This document shows positions 1 through 7,476 of a stretch of 32,000 bases of DNA, piece after piece (position 1 is the stretch's first letter; each line of letters begins with the position of its first letter). The stretch covers positions 63,664 to 95,663 of the forward strand of contig NZ_BCZP01000021.1 of assembly GCF_001598795.1 (NCBI RefSeq). The letters run 5' to 3'. The notes beneath the pieces are model-generated. The model worked only from the letters and a program-made list of their open reading frames with translations, did not search any database and was not told the DNA's origin. The translations under genes and the position numbers were made by a program. Origin of the DNA: Delftia acidovorans NBRC 14950 (lineage in GTDB: Bacteria > Pseudomonadota > Gammaproteobacteria > Burkholderiales > Burkholderiaceae_C).

Positions 1-63
1 GACCCATCGCCGCATGGGCCCTTTCTGCCGCAACTGCGGCTCCCGGTTCCCACAACACGTATC

Positions 64-1401
64 ATGGAAATTGCCATACTTTTTGCGCTGATCCTGCTCA
101 ATGGCGTCTTCGCCATGTCCGAGATCGCGCTGGTGACGGCGCGCAAGGCGCGCCTGCAAAAACTCATAGACGAGGGCGATGCCGGCGCCGCCGCCGCCGC
201 GCAGCTGGGGGCCGATCCCACGCGCTTTCTGTCCACCATCCAGATCGGCATCACCTCCATCGGCGTGCTCAACGGCATCGTCGGCGAGGCCGCGCTGGCC
301 GCCCCGCTGGCCGAGTGGCTGCAGCGCATGGGCGTGCCCGCGCCCTATGGCGGCTACACGGCCACGGCGCTGGTGGTGGTGCTGATCACCTATTTCTCCA
401 TCGTCGTCGGTGAGCTGGTGCCCAAGCGCATCGGCCAGACCTACCCAGAGACCTTTGCGCGCCTGATCGCACGCCCAGTCAACTGGCTGGCCCATCTGAC
501 CAAGCCCTTCGTGGTGCTGCTGTCCGTGTCCACCCATGCGCTGCTGCGCCTGCTGGGCGTCAAGGAAAACAGCGGCAGCGCCGTCACCGAGGAAGAGATC
601 CACGCCATGCTGGCCGAAGGCACGACGGCCGGCGTCATCGAATCGCACGAGCACACCATGGTGCGCAACGTGTTCCGCCTTGATGACCGCCAGATCGGCT
701 CGCTCATGGTGCCGCGCAGCGACGTGGTCTGCCTGGATGCGGATGCGCCGTTCGAGGACAACCTGCGCGTGATCGAGCAGTCCGACCACGCGCGCTTTCC
801 CGTGGTGCGCGGCGGCATGGACTCCATCATCGGCGTGCTCAATGCGCGCCAGTGGCTGTCGCGCGCGCTGCAGGGCAAGGAGCAGGGCCTGACCGACCAG
901 CCCATGCAGACCGCGCTCTATGTGCCCGAGACCATCACCGGCATGGAACTGCTGGAGAGCTTTCGCCTGTCCGACGTGCACATGGCCTTCGTGATCGACG
1001 AGTACGGCGAGGTCCAGGGCATCGTCACTCTGCAGGACCTGGTGGAAGCCATCACGGGCGAATTCCAGCCCCGCGATCCGCGCAACTCCTGGGCGCTGCA
1101 GCGCGAGGACGGCAGCTGGCTGCTGGACGGCCACATCCCCGTGCCCGAACTCAAGGACCGGCTGGAGCTGGCCACCGTGCCCGAGGAAGAGCGCGGCCGC
1201 TACCACACGCTGGCCGGCATGGTCATGCTGCTCACGGGCCGGCTGCCGCGTGTCACCGACACCGTGCAATGGGAAGGCTGGCGCTTCGAGGTGGTGGACA
1301 TGGACGGCAAGGCCATCGACAAGGTGCTGGCCATGCGCGTGGACGTGTCGCTGCAGGTGCCGGGTGGTGAAGACGGCGGTGCGGCCCATGCCGCGCGCTG
1401 A
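64..1401 (+). CDS. Hemolysin-family / CNNM membrane protein (DUF21 TM region, CBS pair, CorC_HlyC C-terminal domain)
   Basis: ATG at 64. The hydrophobic N-terminus MEIAILFALILLNGVFAMSEIAL is typical of DUF21. The central region has CBS-like segments. The C-terminus WLLDGHIPV...YHTLAGMVMLLTGRLP...WRFEVVDMDGKAIDKVL is typical of the transporter-associated CorC_HlyC domain. Third codon positions are strongly G/C-biased. Confidence 0.88.
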   Translation: MEIAILFALILLNGVFAMSEIALVTARKARLQKLIDEGDAGAAAAAQLGADPTRFLSTIQIGITSIGVLNGIVGEAALAAPLAEWLQRMGVPAPYGGYTATALVVVLITYFSIVVGELVPKRIGQTYPETFARLIARPVNWLAHLTKPFVVLLSVSTHALLRLLGVKENSGSAVTEEEIHAMLAEGTTAGVIESHEHTMVRNVFRLDDRQIGSLMVPRSDVVCLDADAPFEDNLRVIEQSDHARFPVVRGGMDSIIGVLNARQWLSRALQGKEQGLTDQPMQTALYVPETITGMELLESFRLSDVHMAFVIDEYGEVQGIVTLQDLVEAITGEFQPRDPRNSWALQREDGSWLLDGHIPVPELKDRLELATVPEEERGRYHTLAGMVMLLTGRLPRVTDTVQWEGWRFEVVDMDGKAIDKVLAMRVDVSLQVPGGEDGGAAHAAR

Positions 1402-1897
1402 ACGCCGGGGCCCGCGCGGCGCATGGAAACTGCTGGCATGCGCGGCGGCCGTGGTCTTCATGGCCGCCTGCCTGGACGGCGTGCAGGGCTACCCGCAACA
1501 GCAGGCGCCCATCATCAGCCCCTACGACATGACCCAGGAGCAGCGGCTTGCCGAAATGAACGTCATGGGCGCGGCCGGCCATGCCGACCATCGCTGGACC
1601 TACGAACTGCGCCCCGGCTGCGTGCTGCGCGTGGACCTGGACGGCCCGCAGGGCCCCAGGCCTTCGCATGACATCGCGCTGCTGGGCAGCGTGGTGGCCG
1701 TCACGGCCCAGCGCGAACGCGGCAGTTTCCGCGTGGAGCTGCAGCCCGGCGACGGCCTGCAGGCCGCGCGCTCCCTGGTGCTGGAAAGCGCCAAATGGGC
1801 CGACGCCAGCTGGACCCAGCTGCTGCTGCGCCTGATGCAAAAGGGCTGCGTGGAAATGCAGGGCCGCTCGCATGGCAGGGCCGCAAGCCGGCACTGA
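1388..1897 (+). CDS. Putative lipoprotein (hypothetical)
   Basis: An in-frame ATG at 1388 overlaps the upstream gene's end by 14 nt. The N-terminus has basic residues, then KLLACAAAVVFMAAC with a lipobox-like MAAC. GC3-rich codons continue through the ORF. I recognise no family. Confidence 0.5.
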   Translation: MPRAERRGPRGAWKLLACAAAVVFMAACLDGVQGYPQQQAPIISPYDMTQEQRLAEMNVMGAAGHADHRWTYELRPGCVLRVDLDGPQGPRPSHDIALLGSVVAVTAQRERGSFRVELQPGDGLQAARSLVLESAKWADASWTQLLLRLMQKGCVEMQGRSHGRAASRH

Positions 1898-1963
1898 CAC
1901 TGGCGTTGAAGGCGGCATCGCCATGGCACGGAGCGCGGCAGGCAAGCCGCTTTGCGCGCCCTT

Positions 1964-1993
1964 GAAAACAAAAGGCGGCACCGAAGTGCCGCC
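1964..1993 (-). terminator. Rho-independent terminator downstream of azurin
   Basis: Perfect 8-bp stem GGCGGCAC (1974-1981) / GTGCCGCC (1986-1993) with a CGAA loop. On the minus strand it is followed by TTTTGTTTTC (complement of 1964-1973). It lies about 47 nt past the azurin stop codon. Confidence 0.7.
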
Positions 1994-2039
1994 GGTTTGA
2001 ACGCGGGACGAGAGCCCCGCGCCAAGGCAGATCGCCGGC

Positions 2040-2495
2040 TTACTTGGCCAGCGTCAGCGTGCCCTTCATCAGAGCGGAGTGGCCGGGGAACGAGCAAAAG
2101 TAGCTGTAGGCCTCGCCGGCCTTCAGGGCAGCGGTGGAGAAGGTCACGGAGTCGGTCTCGCCGCCGCCGATCACCTTGGTGTGGGCGATCACGCGGGCAT
2201 CCTTTTCCTTCACGAAGTCCTTGGCCGCACCAGCGGCGATGCCGTCATTGGCCACGGGCTGCAGGTCGGCCGTCTTGCTCAGCACCCAGTTGTGGCCCAT
2301 GGCCGTCTTGGGCAGCTTGCCCACATGCTTGAGCTTGACCGTGAACTGCTTGCAGCTGGCGGGCACGCTGATGGTGGGCTTGTTGAATTGCATGGCGTCG
2401 TTGCCTTCGATCTCGACGGCGCAGTCGGCGGCCCAGGCGGGAGCGGTCGCGGACACGGCCAGAACCAGGAAGACGGATTTCCATTGCATTGCCAT
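2040..2495 (-). CDS. azu: Azurin (blue type-1 copper protein) precursor
   Basis: The mature sequence [18 protein letters not shown]...[25 protein letters not shown]...[19 protein letters not shown]...[23 protein letters not shown] is near-canonical azurin. It includes the Cu ligands (GHNW His; C-x4-H-x4-M in [12 protein letters not shown]). The signal peptide is [29 protein letters not shown] Shine-Dalgarno lies 5 nt upstream of the ATG (complement of 2493-2495). Confidence 0.95.
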   Translation of the reverse strand: MAMQWKSVFLVLAVSATAPAWAADCAVEIEGNDAMQFNKPTISVPASCKQFTVKLKHVGKLPKTAMGHNWVLSKTADLQPVANDGIAAGAAKDFVKEKDARVIAHTKVIGGGETDSVTFSTAALKAGEAYSYFCSFPGHSALMKGTLTLAK

Positions 2496-2618
2496 TGTTT
2501 TCTCCTTGAAAAGCGGGTGAGGTGGCTGGCATCCGAGGGCCATGGACCGGCAGGCGGTCTGTCGCCATGGATGCCTTGTATGGCTGCCCCAAGCATAGAC
2601 AGGATCGGGGGCGGCAGG

Positions 2619-2632
2619 TTGATTTGAATCAA
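2619..2632 (-). promoter_or_regulatory. Perfect FNR/Anr/Dnr-type box TTGAT-N4-ATCAA upstream of azurin
   Basis: The sequence TTGATTTGAATCAA is a perfect match to the CRP/FNR-family half sites. On the minus strand a -10-like TATGCT (complement of 2592-2597) is centred 31 bp from the box centre. That spacing is close to the -41.5 class II FNR geometry. Confidence 0.55.
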
Positions 2633-2823
2633 GTCAAAAGAGTTCGAAGACTTGCGCTTGGAGCATGCGGTATGGCGTCGCGCATGCAGGGCATGCATTC
2701 GGGCTGCCGCAGGAAAACGGTTTTGCCGCCCGTGGTCTTTTGGCGACGGGCAACCCCACAGCTCGCATGCCTCTACTCACGTCAGTCACATTTGGGTACG
2801 ATTGCGGGAAATAGAGGGAATGT

Positions 2824-3114
2824 ATGAGATTGCTTGTTTTCATAGGCTCGATCATCGGCGCCATCTTTCTGCTGACGGCGTTCTTCGTCGACAGCTCCCA
2901 TCAACAGGCGGCGCTGGCGGCCATGGCCTGCGCCAGCGTCCTCATTCCCTATGTGCTGTTCAGATTGCACTCGATCGCCGTCGAGCATGACCAGCTCGAC
3001 CAGATCCTGCAACTGGTGCGAAAGTCCGGCAGCCAGGGCGAGGGGCTGGCACAGGGAGGCGATGGGCTCCCTGAGGCGAGCGAGCCTGTGGCGCCCAGGT
3101 CCTGGATGTCCTGA
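2824..3114 (+). CDS. Small hypothetical membrane protein (two predicted TM helices)
   Basis: ATG at 2824 is preceded by AGAGGGA. There are two hydrophobic segments, LLVFIGSIIGAIFLLTAFFV and AALAAMACASVLIPYVLF. The codon composition is visibly more AT-rich than the neighbours. I recognise no family. Confidence 0.4.
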   Translation: MRLLVFIGSIIGAIFLLTAFFVDSSHQQAALAAMACASVLIPYVLFRLHSIAVEHDQLDQILQLVRKSGSQGEGLAQGGDGLPEASEPVAPRSWMS

Positions 3115-3117
3115 GGC

Positions 3118-3152
3118 CTGGCATCAACAGGTCTGGCATCAACAGGTCTGGG
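3118..3152. repeat. Perfect 15-bp tandem duplication (CTGGCATCAACAGGT x2 plus partial third copy)
   Basis: Read directly. The unit occupies 3118-3132 and 3133-3147, followed by CTGG. It sits in the 43-bp gap between the convergent stops at 3114 and 3158. Confidence 0.9.
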
Positions 3153-3157
3153 AGGTG

Positions 3158-3868
3158 TCAGGCGAACTGCACCACCACGCGCCGGTTGGTGCGGCTTTTC
3201 TTCTCGATCTTGGTGACGGCCACCGTGCCGATCTCGGCCGTGCTGCGCACATGCGTGCCGCCGCAGGGCTGGCGGTCCAGGCCGGGGATGTCGATGATGC
3301 GGATCGTCGCCGTGCCGCCTGGGGGCGCTGCGCCTGCGGTGCGCACCAGGTCGGGCTGGGCGGCCAACTGCTCGGGCGTGATGCGGTCCACGTTCACCGC
3401 ATGGCTGGCGGTGATCAGGGCGTTCAGGCGCTCCGTCAGATCGGTCTTGTCCAGCGTGGACTCGGGCAGATCGAAATCCAGGCGCGCCGAGTCGGGCGAG
3501 ATGCTGCAGCCCGTCACGGGCACAGGCACCAGCACGCCCAGCAGGTGCAGGCAGGTGTGCAGGCGCATCAGCCGGTGGCGCCTGTCCCAGTCGATCACCA
3601 CCTGGACACGTTCACCCACCTGAGGCGGGGCATCGGTCTGCAGCACATGCAGGATGCGCTGCCGGTCATCGGCATAGACGGTGTCGATCAGGGCCAGGCT
3701 GCGGCCATCGGCCAGGGTCAGCGTGCCGGTGTCGCCGGCCTGGCCGCCGCTGCGGGCATAGCAGACCGTGGCGTCCAGCTCGATGCCCTCGGGGCTGACG
3801 GCCGTCACGGTGGCTTCGCAGCGGTCCAGGTAGGCGTCGTCATCAAAGAACTTGTGCGTCTGGGGCAT
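3158..3868 (-). CDS. Alanyl-tRNA editing protein (AlaX-type, threonyl/alanyl-tRNA synthetase second additional domain)
   Basis: The 236-aa product starts MPQTHKFFDDDAYL. It has the zinc-binding editing motifs H-x3-H (HTCLH) and C-x3-H (CGGTH). A GGAGA Shine-Dalgarno precedes the ATG (complement of 3866-3868). The longer 428-aa ORF extension is Arg/Pro-rich and looks non-coding. Confidence 0.85.
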   Translation of the reverse strand: MPQTHKFFDDDAYLDRCEATVTAVSPEGIELDATVCYARSGGQAGDTGTLTLADGRSLALIDTVYADDRQRILHVLQTDAPPQVGERVQVVIDWDRRHRLMRLHTCLHLLGVLVPVPVTGCSISPDSARLDFDLPESTLDKTDLTERLNALITASHAVNVDRITPEQLAAQPDLVRTAGAAPPGGTATIRIIDIPGLDRQPCGGTHVRSTAEIGTVAVTKIEKKSRTNRRVVVQFA

Positions 3869-4190
3869 GGGGTGTCTCCGGTGTCCTGGTTCTTGGGTTA
3901 GGGGCTTCAGCGCAGGGCGCACAGACCCTGGGCGGTTTCCATCTGGGGATCTGAGGGGCGTGGGAGCCGCCGGCCCGGGGTGCAATGCCCCGAAGGTCGG
4001 CCGCATGTCGGGCGCATGCCGGGCGCCGCGGTCCAGGCCGGCTGCGGCGGCGATGAGATGGTCAGGCTCCCGTGTCACGGCGCGTGTCATGTCGCGGTCC
4101 ATGGTATCGGCTGCATGGCGGGGCCGGGCAGTACGCCTGGGCGAAAAGTCCCCAGTACAGTCCATGGCCCGCAGCGGTGGCAGTCGCCTG

Positions 4191-4207
4191 CTTGACAGCC
4201 TGTCAAG
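4191..4207. promoter_or_regulatory. Perfect 17-bp palindrome CTTGACAG-C-CTGTCAAG (candidate operator) in the cluster leader
   Basis: Read directly: 8-bp perfect inverted arms around a single central base. A third, one-mismatch half site CTGACAAG lies at 4224-4231. The palindrome contains a TTGACA hexamer, but I see no convincing -10 at 17 bp. Confidence 0.3.
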
Positions 4208-4463
4208 TGGCGGTGCCCGCGACCTGACAAGATCGGCGCCCGCACCGCGTGCGTGCCGGGGAACAATGGCGTGGCCGTTGCGGATGGCGCTACAGATTTT
4301 TCCAAAGCTGACGACATACGCAGGGCATGAATCTGTGAGTTTTCCGAGGGACTGTCCGGATGGATCAAGAACTTTTGCTTCCGTCCGGTGCAGGCTCCAC
4401 CCCCGTCTCCATCCCGGCAGGCCCTGGTTTGCGGCTGCCCACATTGTTCATCTCCTCATCCCC

Positions 4464-7406
4464 ATGAGCACTACCGATCTTCACGCGGCTTCCCTGAGCG
4501 ATCTCTATGACCGGCTGCATGAAAGCCTCAGCGACGAGGCCTTTGCCGCCGAACTCGACGCCCGCCTGCATGACGGGCGGGCTGACGAGGTCCGCACCTT
4601 CCTGCGCGGCTGCGAGGAGCGTTGTCTCAACATCCTGGGGCATCTGAGCGGCAGCGACGCACCCTGGTCGCGTGACGGCGATCGCTGGCTGGCCTTTGCG
4701 CGGCTCACCGTGCCGCGCGGCCATGTGCTGTCGGGCCGCAGCGAGGAGCTGACCAATGCCCATGTGGCTGCCGAAGTGCGCGTGCTGGCCGAGCAATGGC
4801 TGGCCCACGCCCGCAGCGCCGACCTGCCTGTGTACAAGGGCATAGGCCTGGTGCTCGGCAGCCTGCTGCCCTGGCTCAGCTATCCCGGCATGCCCTATGA
4901 CGAGGTGACGTCCACGCTGGACTGGGCGCTGGCGCTGCGCGAGGAGGCCGGGTTCCGCCGCAGCCATGAGTACCACGCGGCCTGGAAGCCCCTGGTCGCC
5001 CAGCTGAACGATGCCGACCTGCTGCGCTACGCCGCAGTGGGCGGCAAGCTGTTCGACGATGTGCTGGACCACTACCGCAACGAGCGCCAGCCCGGGCAGC
5101 CCAAGGGCCAGGGCTGGAAGGACTGGCTGCCTTTCTTTGCCGAGCATCCCCAGCTCTTCGACAAATCCTACATAGATGATCCCGACCTGATCGGGCAGCG
5201 CTGGGCCAGTGCCGGCGCGCCCCGGCGAGAGGAACTGGCCGCGCTGCTGCTCAGCCAATTGACCTACTCCCAGCGTGCCGAGCGGACGAGCGCATTGCAA
5301 TTGCTGGACCGCCTCGTGGCCGAGGATTCCGCGCCCTTTGCCAAGCAGCTGCGTGAGAACGGCCGCTACCAGATCAGCCTGGCGCTGGCCATGCATGTCA
5401 TGAAGCAGGACGATGCCGCCTTGCTGCCCCTGCTGCTGCCCGCCATGGCCCAGCGCTGCGACCGCGAGGACGAGCTGCGCCGCTACCGCAGCGTGATCCG
5501 CGAACTGGTGACCCGCCGCCCGGCCGATCTGGCCGAGGTGCCTGTCAAGGACCTGGTCAATGTGCTGCCCGCGTTCGACACCGCCAGCCTGAAGGCCACG
5601 CTGCCCACCTTGACCCCGCTCATCGCAGGCAGCAGCGCAAAGGGCCTGCGCGCCGCCATGGCCGGTCTGGCCGCCCATATTCCGCTGGCCAGCTTGGTGG
5701 ATGCCGGCTGGCTGAACAAGCCGCCCAAGAACCTGCTGCTGACCTGCCGCGACGTGCTGCTGGCCCACCCCGACCCCGCTGTCGGTCCCTTGCTGGCGCA
5801 GTTGCTGGCCGGCGGCAAGCTGGATGCGGCCTCGGCCAGCAGCGTGCAGCAGCGGCTGCAGCAGTTGGGCCTGACAGGGCAGGGCGCCTCGACATCGGAT
5901 GAAAGCCAGGCAGATGCCGCATCGCCAGCGTCTGCCGCTGGCGGCGTGGATCTGCAAGCCCAGCTCGCCTCCATCAAGCGCCTGAGCGCGGCCATCAAGC
6001 CCTTCGATACGCCCGAGCTGCTGGCGCTGTGCGCGCCGCTGTCCGAACACGCGGCCCGCGTGCTGCTGCATGTGTCTGCCATTGCCGAAGGCGGCCTGCC
6101 GCCGCTGGCCGGCGAGCTGCTGGCGCGCATTCCGGCCGACAACCGTGCCCGCCTGGCGCTGGCCCTGGTGCAGCAATGGATTGCTTCCGAGGGCGAGCCC
6201 AAGCAGCGCTGGGCGCTCAGGCTGCTGCCCGGCCATGCCGATGACCGCGTGGTCGATGCGCTGGTGTCCGCCGTCCAGGCCTGGAACCGCCCGCGCCTGC
6301 AGCGCGCGGCCGCCGCCGTGGAGCATCTGGGCGAGGTGGACAGCCTCTACGCTCTGCTGCGCGTGCAGGAGATCTCCGAGTCGCGCTCGCTCAAGGACCA
6401 GGTGCAGCGCACGGCGCGCATCGCCCTGCGCGCTGCCGCCGCGCGCCGCAAGATGAGCGTGCCCGAACTCTTCGACGAGCTGACGCCGGACTTCGGCCTG
6501 GGCCAGGGCCTGACGGTCACGGTCGGGCCGCAGAGCTACCGCGTGGAGCTGCAGGGCGATCTGAGCCTGCGCGTCATCAACGACAAAAACAAGGCCAGCA
6601 AGACCATTCCTGCGGTCAAGGACGAGGCGCTCAAGCCCGAATGGGAGGCGGCCACCGCGCAGCTCAAGACCCTGGCCACCAGCCTCAAGACCGTGGTCAA
6701 GCAGCAGGCGCCGCGCATGCTGGCGGCCCTGGTCAGCGGCAAGCGCTGGCCGCTGGATCGCTGGCAGCGGCTGTTCGTGGCCCACCCGTTGCTGCGCATC
6801 GTGGGGCGCAGCCTGATCTGGCGCGCCGAGGATGCGCCGGGCCTGGCGCGCACCAGCTTCCGCTTGGCCGAGGATTTCTCGCTGGTCGATGTGGAGGATG
6901 AAACCGTGACCCTGCCCGCTGGCTGCAGCATCAGCCTCTGGCACCCGGCCACGGCCCAGCCCGGCGAGCGCGAAGCCTGGCAGGCCTACATGGCCGACTA
7001 TGAGCTGGAGCCCCTGGTCGACCAGCTGGGCGCCTGCGCCGAGCAGCCCGCGCCCGGCCAGTTCAAGAACGGCATGCTGCTGCCGCCCGCGCCGATCACG
7101 CTGGCGCAAGAGCAGCTTGGCGGCCTGCTCAAGAAATTCGGCTACCGGCCCGGCCCCGTGGGCGATGGCCCCAGCATCAATGAGCATGTGTGGCGCCTGC
7201 CCGCGCTGGAGCTGAGCCTGGAGTTGTCGCACGGCTATTTCCCGCCCTACCTGGACCTGGGCCTGCCCGTGGCCGTGGAAGGCCTGCGAGTGCACGACCT
7301 GAGCAAGGAATACGGGGCCAGCGCCGACCCGGCGCGGCTGCCCAAGCCGCTGCTGGCCACGCTGCAAGGCCAGTGGCTGGCCCTGGCGGCCAAGGCGGCT
7401 GCCTGA
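4464..7406 (+). CDS. DUF4132 domain protein, paralog 1 (MolR/YehI-like), 980 aa
   Basis: The C-terminal region LTPDFGLG...VGPQSYRVELQGDLSLRV...KTIPAVKDE...KQQAPRML...RWPLDRWQRLFVAHPLLRIVGRSLIWR...FRLAEDFSLVD...LWHP...AWQAYMADYELEPLVDQL matches the DUF4132 pattern I know from E. coli YehI/MolR. The start at ATG 4464 is chosen because all three paralogs align from their N-termini (APWSRDGDRWLAFAR motif). No clear Shine-Dalgarno is present. Confidence 0.85.
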   Translation: MSTTDLHAASLSDLYDRLHESLSDEAFAAELDARLHDGRADEVRTFLRGCEERCLNILGHLSGSDAPWSRDGDRWLAFARLTVPRGHVLSGRSEELTNAHVAAEVRVLAEQWLAHARSADLPVYKGIGLVLGSLLPWLSYPGMPYDEVTSTLDWALALREEAGFRRSHEYHAAWKPLVAQLNDADLLRYAAVGGKLFDDVLDHYRNERQPGQPKGQGWKDWLPFFAEHPQLFDKSYIDDPDLIGQRWASAGAPRREELAALLLSQLTYSQRAERTSALQLLDRLVAEDSAPFAKQLRENGRYQISLALAMHVMKQDDAALLPLLLPAMAQRCDREDELRRYRSVIRELVTRRPADLAEVPVKDLVNVLPAFDTASLKATLPTLTPLIAGSSAKGLRAAMAGLAAHIPLASLVDAGWLNKPPKNLLLTCRDVLLAHPDPAVGPLLAQLLAGGKLDAASASSVQQRLQQLGLTGQGASTSDESQADAASPASAAGGVDLQAQLASIKRLSAAIKPFDTPELLALCAPLSEHAARVLLHVSAIAEGGLPPLAGELLARIPADNRARLALALVQQWIASEGEPKQRWALRLLPGHADDRVVDALVSAVQAWNRPRLQRAAAAVEHLGEVDSLYALLRVQEISESRSLKDQVQRTARIALRAAAARRKMSVPELFDELTPDFGLGQGLTVTVGPQSYRVELQGDLSLRVINDKNKASKTIPAVKDEALKPEWEAATAQLKTLATSLKTVVKQQAPRMLAALVSGKRWPLDRWQRLFVAHPLLRIVGRSLIWRAEDAPGLARTSFRLAEDFSLVDVEDETVTLPAGCSISLWHPATAQPGEREAWQAYMADYELEPLVDQLGACAEQPAPGQFKNGMLLPPAPITLAQEQLGGLLKKFGYRPGPVGDGPSINEHVWRLPALELSLELSHGYFPPYLDLGLPVAVEGLRVHDLSKEYGASADPARLPKPLLATLQGQWLALAAKAAA

Positions 7407-7476
7407 GCCTTTGTGAACCTTTGCTCCCTTGAAACGTTGGCCGCCCGACCGCCCATCACCGAAGACTCCACAGACC

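Noticed and set aside
2951-3901. 316-aa plus-strand ORF overlapping the AlaX-type gene
   Set aside because: It is antisense to a gene with clear zinc-motif homology, and its translation is low-complexity (Gly/Ala/Arg/Gln).
3869-4444. A 5' extension of the AlaX-type ORF, giving 428 aa in total
   Set aside because: The extension is Pro/Arg-rich and looks non-coding. A canonical-length AlaX (236 aa) starts at the ATG at 3868, which has a GGAGA Shine-Dalgarno.
3852-4463. A 204-codon N-terminal extension of the paralog 1 ORF, giving 1184 aa in total
   Set aside because: The extension is Arg/Gly/Cys/Ser-rich and overlaps the divergent AlaX-type gene's start. All three paralogs align from the Met at 4464, 7477 and 10497.
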